Shown here one piece after another: positions 47,812 to 62,801 of a stretch of 64,000 nt of DNA (its first letter is position 1; every line of letters starts with the position of its first letter). Position numbers and translations under genes: made by a program. The notes beneath the pieces are model-generated. The model did no database searches. It saw nothing but the letters and a program-made list of their open reading frames with translations, and was not told where the DNA came from. The DNA is from Salpingoeca rosetta (lineage: Eukaryota > Protista > Choanoflagellata), in contig JAWQFM010000017.1 in assembly GCA_033442325.1 (NCBI GenBank), positions 163,454-227,453 on the forward strand, read 5' to 3'.

Positions 47812-50800
47812 GAGCCAGGAGCACATGCGCACCTTGGCGACGGCCTTGTACGGCCACTGGGAGACACCCTCAATGCTCTTGGCGAGCTCCGAGAGACGCA
47901 CGCTCAGCTCCATCTCCGTTGCACCGCCGCCGGGCACAAGGCGCGGGTCGAGCAGGATGTTGCGGGCAGCATGCATTGCGTCCTGCAGGTTGCGCTCAAC
48001 TGTACGCAGCACGCGTGTGTGAATGTGTGGTTTATGTGTGAGTGCAAATGAGCCGTGTTGTGCATCAAGGGACGGCAACAAGCGCATCATAACAAACACA
48101 CACAACCAAGAACATAGACTGCAAAATACGGGCACACACGCTTCCACGCACACACACACACACACAAAGTGTACACTCCGCACCTTCCATGAGAATGTCC
48201 TTGCTGGCACCGCGGAGGAGGATGGTGCACGCCTTGGGGCTGTCGCACTCCTCAATGAAGGTGAAGTATCTGTTGAAGTGAATGTCACGCCACCATCCAC
48301 AGCAGAAGGCAGAAGAGGGTGCGTGGGTGAGTGAACAGGGCGGCAACCAACGCACACACATCACACATCACACAGGACACACATTTCGACACATACACAC
48401 GCACGCACATATCGACCATCCACCACGACACTACGATGACGCACGCAAACCTTGCATGGGAGACAGCGCTCGTGCGAGGTAGGAAGAGCAAAACATCATT
48501 AACGCAACAACTTACTCGTCGCCGACCTTGCGGATCTCAAAGAGACCGCAACCGGTGCCAATGTCCGTCTCCTTAATCTCATCCGTTCGGTTCACAATCG
48601 TCGCGCCGCACGCACTGCACACAACGAGCAATTGATGCAATGAAGGGGAACACACGATGCGTTGAAGCGGATGTAGGGCGTTGGTGAGCACACAGCAGCC
48701 TGGGGACGCCGTACAGGCACTGCTGAACCAAGACACCACGCAAACAACCGCAAACAACAGAGCACAAAACAAAGGAAGGAACAGGTCAATTACACTCACC
48801 GGGCAATGCGGTTGTTGTCGGACTTGCGCACACGGCGAAGGGCGGTGATGTTGTGCTTTGCAAGATAGTGCTGTGCAAGGTCTATCAACAAATAAGGCAT
48901 GAGGGGGCCGCGTTGGTAAAAAAAAAAAAAAAAAACCACAGCAACGACAAGCGAGCATGAGTGAGTGAGTGACCGCGAGGGAACGGAAGCATGTCTGCCC
49001 ACAGCTTATGCCCTTACAGCAACACAACAGCACGCGCACGATGTCAACAAGGCCGCACACACACACATGCACGCACGCACGTGCACACACGCACACACAC
49101 ACATGCACGCACAACGGGCACTGACCGGAGACACCCTTCTCGGTGATGATGAGGTCTGGCTTGTGGGCGATGATGTCGTCGCAGATGCGCTTGATGTACT
49201 CTTCCTCAAGCTGCAGCACCCGCGTAAAGTCCTGATCCTTCATAAACTGCACACACGCACGCACGCATGAAAGAGGTGTGAGACGGGCGACGCATCATGA
49301 CGCGGCACCTGAACACACACAGACACACACAGACGCGCACACACACACGCCACAGTCCCTTTTCTTCCGATTCGGTTGCACGCCTTCCGGTCATCGCCCA
49401 TCCCCCCCCCCCCGGTTTGTGAAGCTCCCTCATCAGAACCTACGCTTCGTCACACATACACACACACGCACACACACGAACACCAGCTGCACACGCACCT
49501 CGACGTCTGTCTTGCTCTCGCCCTTGGTGTACTCGAGGTTGCAGTCGAGGAGGATGATGCGGGGCTTCTCGATGCGGCGGCGCATGCTCGAGTGGGTCAC
49601 GTCCTTGTTCAGCATCACGCCGCGCAGCACCTTCGAGTCCTCAAGCTCACCGCCAGGGATCTTCTCAACCTGCACATGACCAACAAACACATGACAAACG
49701 CGTACGACAAGCGCATGAGGCGCTGTTTTGTGAGGGCAGCAGGACAGAGGAAGAAGACACACATACCCAACAGATGTGTGCATCAGCCTTACATACACAT
49801 CCACACACACACACACACACGCGCGCGCGCACACCTCCACACACGCGCACACCTCCACACACGCGCACACACACAACGATGTGTTACCTTGGCGTAGCGC
49901 TTGATGTCAATCTCCTTGGTGCCGTGCTCCTCCATGAAGACGGTCTGCACTGCATCCAGCGCAATCTCGCACGCAAGACGCGACCTGCACAACAGACATA
50001 CACCACCGCAGCAGCAAGGACGGCGGGTTTGAGGTGAGCTCCGGCGAGCACCACAAGCACGTGCGGAAATGAAGCAATCGCCGGAATTGTGTGGGTGGTG
50101 TGAGTGACTGGGCAACGCACCACTTGCGCAGCATCTTTGTGCCGACGACGGCCTGAAGGGAGGAGAGGAGGGCCTCCTTGTCGCTCGTGTCAATGGGCTG
50201 GGCAATGTCTTCCGTGATGGCGGTCAGCGCATCGTCGAGCGCGCGCAGGTACGCGCCAATCACGACAACAGGGTGCTCCTTCTGCTCCATAAAGGGCGAC
50301 GCAACCGCAAGAAGCTCACCAGCTACCACCAGGCCAGGAAAGGGAGGAGGGAGGGGGAGTGTGGCGGGATGAGAGCTGATCTTTGCTCGTGCTGGGATGC
50401 ACACATCAAAAGTCTTTTTAACTACCCTTGCCGGCCATACGCACGCACGGTCGTGCCCACTTGCCACCGCACACCCTCCTGGATACAGAGCACACACACG
50501 CACACGCACACGCACACGCACACGCACACATAACGTACCGAGGATGACCACGGATGTGGTGCCGTCGCCAACCTCCTCATCCTGTGAACGGGCTGTCTCG
50601 ATCAGAGACTTGGCTGCGGGATGGTGGACCATGATCTACGTGTGTGCGTGCATGGTGTGTGTGTGTGTGGGGGGGGGATGATGAGTGTTGGGAGGAGCGA
50701 TTCGAGGTTGTGGCGATGAGATGAGAACGCACAACTGCACGTCAGATCGCGACAAGTAAAGTGTGGTGGTGTGTTGTGTACGTCCATTAACGTGGGATCA

Positions 50801-51689
50801 ACCGGCACCTCTTACGAGTGCTTACCTCACGAAGGATGGCGTTACCATCGCTGGTCATGACAATACCGCCCATCGGGTCCATGAGCATCTGCAAATCACA
50901 AGACAAGAGTTGTGCAACTGAAGCGTGAGGACACGAGAACCAAACTGTAGACGCAGGAGAAGTGCAAACACGCACGTTCCATGACATGGGAGGAATCGAG
51001 AACAAATGCAGAGGACGGTCGCCACCCTTTCTCCACAGACACACGGACACAAGCGTGCGCACACAAACAAACATATGCACACACACACACACACGCACGT
51101 ACGCACCTTGAGCATGGCCCTGGGGCCAAGGCATGTGCGGATGACATCGGCAACGGTCTGCATCAGGCGAAATAGAGCACGGTTGAAAATGATGATAAGC
51201 ACATGCGTGTATGCGTACACTTCATGAGATCGCGAGCGAGTGGAGAGCTTTCCAGGCGATTGCATAAGAAGACGCAGGACACACACTCGTTCATCAACCA
51301 TCGCCGTGAAGATCGCGATGGTGCATGTTGGCAGTTGTCGTACCTTGCCGGCCTGAATGTTCTCCAGCTGAACCTTGCGGCCTTCCTCCTTCTTGGCCGC
51401 TTGTTGGTCTGTCGAGGATCACACAAGCAGGCATGTGCAGGCGAATCAAGAGAGCGGTGAGCATCATCACTGCCATCGCACGCGAACAAGGTGGGGGGGG
51501 GGTATCGCTCCTGTCACGCACACACTGTTTGAATTGCGGCGTGTGCGCATCGACGTTGCCACACGGCAAAACCGCACAGCAACGCACGCCATGCTCCAGG
51601 ATGCACGAATACAGCAGCACACGCACACACACACACACACAACACCATGCACACTTACTCATCACATAGACTTGTGGCTGTTGCTGCAT
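47081..51689 (-). CDS. CCT3: T-complex protein 1 subunit gamma
   Basis: [16 protein letters not shown]|[42 protein letters not shown]|[29 protein letters not shown] and [19 protein letters not shown]. Confidence 0.98.
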
Positions 51690-52262
51690 GGCTGGTTGTT
51701 GTTGTTGTTGTTGTTGTTTGAAACAAGGGGAGAGACGGGTGACAGTTCCGACAACAAGGGGGTTGGTTGGCTGTTGTTGTGTGTGTTGGGCGAGCTGGTG
51801 AGCTGTTGTCGTCGTGAAGTTTGCACGTTGCCCTTTTTTGCTCTGCTTCTTCTTCCTTTGGCTATTCCTGGCTTTGGGGCATATCTTTGCGAGTTTTCGT
51901 CACGGCTGCACTGGCGGCGGTGGCTGAGTTCTAGCTCTGTGTCCTGGTTTCAGGCCAGTTGCCAAATTCTGGGTGGGTTTCCCGTGGTGTTTGTTTCGGT
52001 CGTATCTGCGTTGTTCCGCACGCCTTGGAGTGTGGCTTGTGCCTTCAGAGAACATGTCGATTATTGCCGAAAGAATGCACGAAAGAGGCGTGCGCGGAAC
52101 AACGCAAATAGCAGCACAAGGCAATTCTGTGCAATTGGCACAAACTCAAACAGCACACCCACGCGCACACAAGAAGCACGGCAACAACACAAAGGTGCAT
52201 TCATATCCGCAGGCAGCACTCACACACCCACACTCAGACAGACAGACAAAGAGTAGCAAGCA

Positions 52263-54397
52263 ATGTCGGCTCTTCGTGGAGGCATGGCCAAGGTGCCGCT
52301 CCGCCTCATTGGCGGCCTCATTGGTCTCGGCACAGCCGCGTACGGTGTCAACGAGTCCATCTTCACAGGTATGTGAACTGGGGGATGTGTGCATGTGTGT
52401 TGATGTGTGTGTGCATGTGTACGTGTGTGCGTGTGTACGTGTGTGCGTGTGTGCGTGAAAACGTGTGTGTGGAAGTGGATGTGTGTGTGGATGCGTGTGT
52501 GTGTGTGTGTGCGTGTGTAGGTGTGTGTGTGTGTGTGTGCACGTTATTGCTTCGTGCAAGCGCCCGACCTGCTGACGGGTGCGTGACACGTGTGTGTGTG
52601 TGTGAGGCTCACGTGGTTTCGCTTTACCTTCTTGGTGTTGCACCACCAACAGTCGATGGTGGTCACCGCGCCGTCATCTACAGCCGTCTCTCCGGTGTGA
52701 CGGACTCTGTGCTCGGCGAAGGTGTCCACTTCAGGTGAGCTACCTCCGTTTTCTTTCCTGAACCATCATCACGCTCCGGGGCGTGCGCACGTGTTTGTGT
52801 GCTGTGTGTCAGAGAGAGAGAGTGTGTGTGTGTGTGAGTGTGTCTCCTGTTGTGGGTGCGTCGTAAGCCTACACGTGTTCACGCTAACCTGATTTGGTGT
52901 TGCACCCTGTTTCTGCACTCCTTTCCATCTCTCCCATCTCTCCCATCTCTCTGCGTTCCAGGATTCCCTGGCTTCAGCGTCCCATCATCTACGACATTCG
53001 CGCAAAGGCAAAGCGCATCACTTCCCTCACCGGAACCAAGGGTGCGTCTCATGTGCCGTGTGCGTGCGTGTTTGTGTGCTTGCGTGTGTGCGCTTGCGTG
53101 TTTATGTGGGGTTTGTATGTGTGCGTGACACACATATGGCTCGGTGTTGCTTCAATGGCTCTGGCTGCTGTTGAGGGGCAGTGTCGTCTACCTTGATCGT
53201 CCTGTCCCCACTCTCTGCCAACTCTCCTCACCACTCCCACTTTCTTTCGCGTGCGGTCGTGCAGATTTGCAGATGGTCAACGTGACGCTTCGTGTGCTGT
53301 GCCGCCCCCAGATCAACCAGCTTCCCTCCATCTACAGAAACCTTGGCACAGACATGGACGACCGTGTGCTCCCTTCCATCATGAACGAGGTCCTCAAGTC
53401 CGAGATTGCCCGTTTCAACGCGTCACAGCTCATCACGCAGCGTGAGAAAGTCAGCCGTCTCATCCGGTACGTGGCATTGCGCCAGTATGTCCCTGATGGG
53501 TGTTTTGTGTTGCGGCTTTGTGTGCATTGTGTGTGTGATGTACTGTGTCGATGTGCACCCGAGGTGGTGAGTGGAAGCGTGTGGCTGTTTAGCTTGACAC
53601 AACGCATATCACACACACACGCATATCACACACACACACACACGCGCACACACGCACGCACACACGCACGCATGCACGCAGACCCGGATTGTTATGCACT
53701 CACGCTGTCTTGTTGTGTGATTGTGGTGTGCCTGTTAACCCACCAGCGAGAACCTGACTGAGCGTGCCGAGGACTTTTGGCTTGTGCTGGAGGATGTGGC
53801 CATCACGGACCTGAGCTTTGGCACGGAGTACAGCCGGGCTGTTGAGGCGAAGCAGGTTGCACAGCAGGAGGCCCAGCGTGCTGCCATGCTTGTCGAGCGC
53901 GCAAAGCAGGAGCGTCAGCAGAAGATTGTCGAGGCTGAGGGTGAGGCCAAGTCCGCAAGCCTTATCGGCGAGGTGCGTCCAACCAGCTTACACTGTGTAG
54001 TGCGCGTGTGTGTATTGATGTGTGTTTGTGTGTATTGATGCTGTGTTTGTGATTATGTTTGTGATTATGTGGGCATTGTTGTTGTGTTTGTGTGTAGTCT
54101 GTGTGTGTGTGTGCGACTGTTGTCCATGTGGCAGCTACAGCCAGCGCTCACTCATGTGTGCTCTGCCTGACCTTTGTTTTGTTTGCACGTGTGCAGGCCA
54201 TTGCGCAAAACCCTGGCTTCCTTGAGCTGCGGAGAATAGATGCTGCGCGGGAGATTGCGGGCACGCTGTCCAACTCGGCCAACCGCGTCTACCTCGACGC
54301 AAACCAGCTCCTCCTCAACGTCGACGACTACGAGTTCTCAGAGTGCGTTTTGAGCGAAGCAGCAGCATGTCTTGTGGTCGTGTGCCCTTGTTCGCAG

Positions 54398-54467
<70 letters not shown>

Positions 54468-54817
54468 ATTAGTTGTTATGTTGTGATTATGTGGGCATTG
54501 TTGTGTGTTGTGTGTAGTCTGTGTGTGTGTGTGCGACTGTTGTCCATGTGGCAGCTACAGCCAGCGCTCACTCATGTGTGCTCTGCCTGACCTTTGTTTT
54601 GTTTGCACGTGTGCAGGCCATTGCGCAAAACCCTGGCTTCCTTGAGCTGCGGAGAATAGATGCTGCGCGGGAGATTGCGGGCACGCTGTCCAACTCGGCC
54701 AACCGCGTCTACCTCGACGCAAACCAGCTCCTCCTCAACGTCGACGACTACGAGTTCTCAGAGTGCGTTTTGAGCGAAGCAGCAGCATGTCTTGTGGTCG
54801 TGTGCCCTTGTTCGCAG

Positions 54818-54887
<70 letters not shown>

Positions 54888-55101
54888 ATTAGTTGTTGTT
54901 GTTGTATTAGTTGTTGTTGTTGTATTAGTTGTTGTTGTCGTCATCACTGTCTTGAAGCGTGTTGCGTCTGTTGCTGCTCGTGCGATTATCTTTCGTGTGC
55001 ATCCAACCTTGTATGAATTGCTTCATGCTCATGTACGATGTGTGTGTTGTATGTCCCGTAACAGGACGGCGCTCAAGGCTGCGTCCCCGAAGAGTCAATA
55101 A
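52263..55101 (+). CDS. PHB2: Prohibitin-2
   Basis: [70 protein letters not shown] and [13 protein letters not shown]. The penultimate exon is present twice. Confidence 0.95.
54060..54899. repeat. 420-bp tandem duplication containing a PHB2 exon
   Basis: 54197-54342 and 54617-54762 are identical exon copies with matching flanks and (GTT)n tracts, offset by exactly 420 bp. Confidence 0.95.
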
Positions 55102-55642
55102 GCGACACACTGTTGGCCCTGTCCACGCATCTGCTACCGCCGCTTGCAAACACACGGTCGTGGTGTAACAGTGCTGGTGGCGATGATGGCTGGACGAGGC
55201 GTCCTTTGTATGAACGTGTGATGTGTGTCGTTGCATTGGCTGTTGGTGGCTCTGCTCAGTTCACCCACTGTGTTGTTGGGGAGCTGTGACTCGTGCTCAT
55301 GCGTGCGTTCATATCTTCGCAGGTGGTTTGCTGTGGTGTATGATTGTGGCTTGTATGGCTCGTGACGTGTGTGTGTGTGTGGGATTGTGGTGTGCCTGCT
55401 TCCAATCCGTGCTGTTGTGGCTGTTGTGGATGTGATGATGCAACAAGGTGTAAAAGGGTGAAGAAGACCTCACAAATGAAGACCCCAATCCAAGCATGAC
55501 ACAAGTGGAACCAAGGAGAAGGCAGTGTGTGAGCGATAATGGCAGAAACAAGCAGTGATCTGGCTGTGCGCATTGTGTCGCACACACACACACACAGTCA
55601 CTGACACGTGTGCAGTTGCCAAAAAACACCGGACACAACAAG

Positions 55643-58496
55643 ATGCTGGTGTTTGTGTTTGCGGCTGGTGAGAGCACCAGCGTGACACCTTGCCATGTGT
55701 ACGTGTTGATGTGATGTTGGATGTGTCTCACCTTTGCTCCTCGCTCACACTCAAGCCCAGGCATTCAACTTACCTTACACCCCTTGTCCCCCCCCCCACC
55801 GTGCGATGTACTGCAGTGCTTGTGGTGGCAAGCTATGTGCTGCAGCAGTATCTGCCGCCACCGAAGCCGCACATCATCGGCATCGACCTCGGCACCACCT
55901 TCTCCTGCGTTGCCGCCTACCACGCCCACACCGGCCACATTGAAGTCTTCATCGATGACAGGAACAACACGCTCACGCCATCCATCGTGCACTTCCCGCC
56001 AGATGGTGGCCAGCCCATCGTCGGCTATGCTGCCAAGGCAGCCTTGCCGGAACACCCACACAACACCATCTACGAAGCCAAGCGCTTCATTGGCCAGCCA
56101 TTCTCCCACATCAGCGCCGAAGACAAGGTTGATCTCATGGGATCCCGTATCGTGTCTGTCCGTCTTGCATCGACTGGAAAGGGGGCGGGGGCGTTGGTGC
56201 GAGATGCGACTATTCTGCGTCTCGTTGGCACTGCCAAACACACTGACGCTGTTGCTGACGCTGTTGCTGCTGTTGTTGGTGCTGTTGCTGCTGTTGTTGC
56301 TTGGTCTTGGGGCATCAACAGGACAGGTTTGCGTTTGACGTGGTCGACGTGAATGGATCAGCCGCCTTTCGCGTTCCGGGCTGGAGCGATCCCATCTTCC
56401 CCGACGACGTGGGTGCACACGTGCTGATGAAGCGCATTGCCGAGAAGGCCATTGGCAGAAACGTGAAGTGAGTCAAGTGTGGGTATGTGTGTGTGTGTGT
56501 GTGTGTCTGCATGTGTGCGTGTGTGTATTGCAGTCGTATATACTTGTAGCCACTCCCTCTCACTCGTCCTCACTTTCTGCATCGTGCACTTCGCCGTCTG
56601 CTTTGTCACGCCACCTGCGAATGTACATTCCCCTTCAACACAGAGAGGCAGTCATGGCGGTACCTGCAGAGTTCAATGCCAAGCAGCGAGCAGCGACCAC
56701 ATCTGCGGCCACCAAGGCTGGCTTGTCTGTCTTGCGTCTTCTCAGCGAACCAACAGCTGCCGCGCTAGCATACGGGCTCCACAACAAGGTGTTGTGTGTA
56801 CGTGAGCGTGAGCGTTACGTGCGTGCGTGTACGTGTATGTGTGCGAATGTGTGTGCGTATGCGTGCGTGTGTGTGTGCATCGAGGGTGGCTGTGGCATAT
56901 CATAGCTTCATCATGCGTCTCACATCTGCGTCTCTGTTTCCTTGTGTGTCGTGCAGTCCGACATCAACCACGTGCTCGTGTTTGACTTTGGCGGCGGCAC
57001 CCTTGACGTGTCCATCCTCCACGTGGAAGGAGGTATGGTGATTGTTGTGGGATGGTGGTGTTGGTGTTGGTCGGTCTTGGTATTGGTGTTGCCGACGAGT
57101 GTTGGGTGGTGTTACAGCGACCGCAGTTGTTGTCACCACCACTCACCGAGGGTGAATGCATTTGTGTGTGCGTGTATGTATGTATGTGTGCGTGTGCGTG
57201 CGTGTATGTATGTATGTATGTATGTATGTATGTATGTATGTATGTATGTATGTATGTATGTATGTATGTATGTATGTATGTATGTATGTATGTATGTATG
57301 TATGTATGTATGTATGTATGTATGTATGTATGTATGTATGTATGTATGTATGTATGTATGTATGTATGTGTGTGTGTGTTTTTCTTTGTGTGTGTGTGCC
57401 CTTGTCCACATCTGCAGGTGTGTTCACGACGTTGGCGGTCGCTGGTGATAAGCATCTTGGTGGCGAGGACCTCAGGTCAGAGATGAAGACGAGAGCGGAG
57501 GGGGAGAGTTGCAGGAACAGAGACCCGAGTCATTGTCTTCATGTTGGTTGCTGCGTGTAATTGTGTACGTGTGTGCGCATATGTCTGCCTGTGTTCTGAA
57601 CATTAAGCACCCATGTATTATCCTTCACCAACCCTCACAACTACTCTCACACACCATCACCACCACCACCATCACCATCATCACCACCACCACCACCACC
57701 CACATTCCTCAATACAGCCATGCACTGTTCATGCATGCACGTGCTCGCCTCGCCGCCAACACCGACACCACCGGCGCGAGTGAGAGCGATGTGCAGCAAC
57801 TGCGCCTGAGCGTGGAGGAGGCCAAGATTTCGCTGAGTCAGCACTTGTCAGCCACCATTCGCATGGGGGAGCACAGCATCCAGGTGTGTAGAGGGGAAGC
57901 AGGGAGGGTGCTGTGTGTGTGTGTGTGTTTTGTGTGTGTGCGTGCGTGTGTGTGTGTGTTGTGTGTGTGTGTGTGTCGCTGAGCTTCTTTGTCGTTGTTC
58001 TTGTCAGCGACGACAGTGACATCACTCACCATATGCTATCCCATTCCCTATCATGGCGTGTCAGGTGACGCGGGATGAGTTTGAGACCGTTGCTGCTCCG
58101 CTCTTCCAACGGATACACAATCCAATCCACCAGGTCTGTGTGGCGCGATGCTCTTTGGCGTCGCGTTGTCTGTTGAATGGTCTGTTTGTTTGTTCGCTTC
58201 ACGTGTGTGCACACACACATGCACACACGCACCCTCTCTCACTCACACACACACACACACACACCACACACACACACGCTCACACACACGTCATGTTTGT
58301 CAGGCGCTGGCTGATGCCCATATTGGGGTTGAGGACGTTGATGAGGTTGTCCTCGTCGGCGGATCCACGCGTGTGCACAAGGTTTAGAACTGATCGTTCA
58401 CACACACACACACACGCACGCACGCTCATTAACACACACACACATCAACACACACACACACACACACACGCACGCACGCACGCACGTACGCACACA

Positions 58497-58528
<32 letters not shown>

Positions 58529-59127
58529 TGCACGCTCATCAACACACACACATACACACACACACACACAAGACCTCCAACAGCGCGCAACAATACACAC
58601 GTTCACCTCCTCCCCTCTCACACGCGTCGCTGTTCAGGTGCGGCGGATGCTGGCTGAGATGTTTGGGAAGGAGCCAAACTGCAACATCAATCCCGATGAG
58701 GCCGTCGCTAGGGGCGTCGCCATGCAGGGTGAGCATGTCATTAGCACCGGCGTACGGCTGGTTCACACGATTTGCCAATGTATTGACGAACTGCAAATCG
58801 TTCCCTCCACCACCACCACCACCACGACCACCACCACCTCACTGCTGCACCACCATCACCACCACCACCACCACCACCACCACCACCACCACCACCACCA
58901 CCACCACCACCACCACCACCACCATGACAGCGGGGATCCTGGCTGGTGCGTGGCCGCTGCAGGTTGCAGCCATCGAGGCGCCGTTCCCAGACCACGCGCA
59001 CGAGGACAGCAGTAGCGCTGGTGATGGTGATGGTGATGGTGATGGTGATGGTGATGGTGATGGTGATGGTGATGGTGATGGTGATGGTGATGGTGATGGT
59101 GATAGTGCACGTGGTAGTGGAGTGTGA
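55643..59127 (+). CDS. HSPA13: Hsp70-family ATPase-only member HSPA13/STCH
   Basis: Signal anchor followed by [50 protein letters not shown] and NPDEAVARG. The C-terminal [12 protein letters not shown] is typical of HSPA13, and there is no substrate-binding domain. Confidence 0.93.
57204..57368. repeat. (TATG)n microsatellite in an HSPA13 intron
   Basis: Direct reading. Confidence 0.95.
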
Positions 59128-59588
59128 TGTGCGTGTGTCGTTCCACCTCGCCACAGATCACCAGCATTGACCACGATGATGACAAGATGTTCAAAGTGTA
59201 GAGTATGATTGCATTTACGTTGGCGCAGCAACAGCAACAGCAGCAGCAATTAATGCTGCCTGTCTGTGTTTGCGCCCTGGCTTGGGACGTGCGAGCATGA
59301 TTAGACGCACCAGTTAAAATGTACACCCACGACAAGCAAGCAAGCGAGAGCAAGCGTTGCAAACAGCACGCAGCACACGGTGTTGGGAAAGCACAGAGTG
59401 ATGTAATGTGCCACACACTAATGAGCAAAGCAACACCAACAGCAAAGTCCACGTATGTGTGTGTGTGTGTGTGTGTGTGTATTGCGAGCGTCCCTTTCGC
59501 TTACTCGCGTGTGCTCACGCCATCTCACGCCCCCCCCTCTCTCTCTCTCTATCTCTCTCTGTCTCTCTCTCTCTCTCTTTGTTATTCA

Positions 59589-59742
59589 TCACTCCTCGTC
59601 ATCATCGTCGTCACCACCTGCGTTCTGCCACCACGGTGCATTGCCACCACCAGCTGCACCTGCTGCCCTCCTCCGCAGACCACCAGCACCACCGTTGTTG
59701 GCAATACCATGACCACCATCATCATCATCATCGTTGTTGTCG

Positions 59743-59779
<37 letters not shown>

Positions 59780-60362
59780 CGACAACAGCGGCGCCACCCC
59801 AGTTGAAGCCGCCTGCGTCGTTCCCGCGCACAGGGCCAACCTCAACCGCCTCCTCCTCCCCGTCAATCAGCACGCGCCTGGTAGAATGTGGTATTGGTGG
59901 TGGTGGTGGTGGTGGTTGGAATGAGGCAGGTTGAGTACGGACGGACAGAAGTGGCAATGTTGTCAAACCACTTGAAAACACACACACACATGCACATGCA
60001 CATATACACATACACGGACACATACACAGACGTACACACAGAGATAAATATATACACACACGCACGCACGCATCCAGAGCAGTGCGCGTACATGAAGTGC
60101 GGGGTGTTGATGACACGCGGACCGCCAAGACCACCATCCTCTCGCGGTTTCGCATACACGTCCTCCAGGAAGTAGTACACGTGCCCAATGAAGATGCCTG
60201 GTGGCGGCGGCGGTGGTGGTGATAGGAAGTGGAGGAGAGGAAAGGGAGATGGCATGCATCATTCTCGTGTGTGAGACAAAGGTGGTGTCGCAGGCAACAC
60301 TGAACACACCTCAATACGCACACACACACACAAGCGCACACAAACACACACACACACAAGCA

Positions 60363-60401
<39 letters not shown>

Positions 60402-61868
60402 CGCACACACACACAAAATCAAGCACTCACCTCCCCCCCCCCCAGTCCATCTCCCCTTCGTCGGTTCTCTCTATCGCACCAAGCAGGTCGCTGATTGGAT
60501 TGTGGCCGAGGAAGAACCCAAGACCAAGCAGCACCCACGGCAGCAGCGGCGCCCTGGTAGTCGTGGTGATGTTGGACAACAGGGGAGGTGGTTGTCGTCG
60601 TGTCGTGACACGTGTCATTGCATGCGATGAACACGTGTCATTGCATGCAACGAACAACAGCTTGTCGTCGTCTCTCGAAACACCTTGCGCATACACACAT
60701 GCAGACACAGACAGGCAAGCACACACAGACATGACAGACACACGTATACATCTACACACAAGCACACATCACAGACACATCTACACACACACACACACAC
60801 ACACACAAGCACACACACACTCACACTCACTCTCGCTCACCTGAAGATGAAGAGGCCAAGAAAGGCCATTTGCACGTGTGGATTCCGCTTGGCCCAGACG
60901 TATGTGAGCGCGCACGTGAGCGAGAATCCAAGGAACGGCTCAGAGATGGGGAGGAGCGGTGTGATCAACTGTACACATGTGCGGACAGAAGTGATACAGC
61001 GAGCGACAACAGGCAGTGCCGGTGGCGGTGCTGTGAGCGTGCTGTGAATGCAAAACAGTGTCCTGAATAAGCCATACCACAGTACAACTTCATGCTACTG
61101 TGGGACCGCCCTTCAACTCATGTCACACCGTGCACTTTGGTTCTCGCTGTGGTCTGTCAGACTGTGACTTGTGTGTGCAGCGAACGCACCAGTAGGGCAA
61201 TGGCGCCAAGAAGGAGCATGAAGAAGAGGTCTGAAGAGCGCCCGCGAAAGCTGCCTTCCTCAAGCATGCGACAGTACCGGTACACAAAGTACATGTGCAG
61301 GCACCAGTCGATGCTGAAGGTGCCAAAGTACAGGAATGTGGTGACGAGGCGCCAAACCTGGTGGTGCACACCGAGCACGCGAATGGGTGGAAGAGAAAAG
61401 CAATGCATGTGAGAGAGAGGGCTGTCACAGAACAAAGCTGCGCTGTGCAGGTGCAGATGACGTGTTATGTCTGCTTAGAACGGTGACAATGCAAAGCACA
61501 TGCGTTGTTTTGCAGGTGACTGCGCACCTCGCCCTGGAACACTTGGTGGACGTTGTAGTACAGGTCAAACTCCGACACAAACTTAAGGTGCTGCAGAAGC
61601 CCACAGAGGGGTGTACGTGTGGATGACGTCATGAGAAAAAGAAACGTGTCGTGCGTGCGCAACATAGGCACACAGGCACACACAGGCACACACAGGTACA
61701 CAAGCAGACGACCGACAACAGCAGCCAGTCGCACACAAAGCAACCGCATCAATGCGGGTGATATCACAATGAGTTACACACCACAGCCGCAGTTGTCATG
61801 GTGGCTGCCACAGTGATGCCGCGCGTCACAACCGGCATCTCCATGAGGAGCTCACGAAACGCCGCCAT
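59589..61868 (-). CDS. DERL2: Derlin-2/3-like ERAD protein
   Basis: MPVVTRG, VWRLVTTFLYFG, YRYCRMLEEGSFRGRSSD, YVWAKRNP, APLLPWVL, GIFIGHVYYFLEDVY and GGFNWG. Confidence 0.93.
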
Positions 61869-62107
61869 GGTGCCGTCTTGCGTGTGTATGAGTATGCGTG
61901 TGTGTGTGCGTGTGTGCGTGTGTGCGTGTGTGCGTGTGCGCTGACGTTGTGCTGCGTGAGAGGGGTGAGTCACAATGGCACAAGGAAGAAGTGGTGTGAG
62001 TGAAAACAAGTGTGGCGTCGCAACGAACACGGCTGAACGTGACTTGGCAGTTGTTTGGCTAGAATGTTATTCATGTCATAGCAAATTCTCTACAACCGCA
62101 GACGACG

Positions 62108-62768
62108 ATGGTGAGTGAGGAAGGCAGGACACTGCTGTTGCGGTTACTGGGTGTTGTGTTGTGTGTTGTGTGTTGTGTGTTGTGTGTTGTGTGTTGTGTG
62201 GTGTGTGTTGTGTGATGTGTGGTGTGTGGTGTGTGGTGTGTGGTGTGTGGTGTGTGGTGTGTGTTGTGTGATGTGTGGTGTGTGGTGTGTGGTGTGTGGT
62301 GTGTGGTGTGTGGTATGTGTTGTGGCAGTGCGCTGCGCTGACGCAGTGTGTGCGACTTGCCTGTATGTATGCTGCACGTGGGTTGGTGTTAGGATGAGGA
62401 GCAAGATGCGGCAGTGACCGCCGCGCGGGAAGAGGCCATGGAGGCCCTGGCGCAACCAGACGCCATTTTGGAAGCATCTGTCTTTGACGCCATTCAAAAG
62501 TGCGTCGTGCGCGTGTGTGTGTGTATGTGTCTGTATGTGTGTGTGTGTGCGTGCGTGTGTGTGTGTGCGCGTGCGTGTGTGTGTGTGCGTGTATGTGTGT
62601 GTGTGTCTGTGTGTCTGTGTGTGTGTGTGTGTGCGTGTGTCTATATGTGTGTGTACTGGGTTGACATACGTGCAGGTTTGTCTGTTGAGCTTGCTGCCTC
62701 TTCAACATCCACCGCGATGCCTCACCTCTCATCGCTCGCACCTTTGGTTTGTGCTTGCTCGCGTTCGT

Positions 62769-62801
<33 letters not shown>

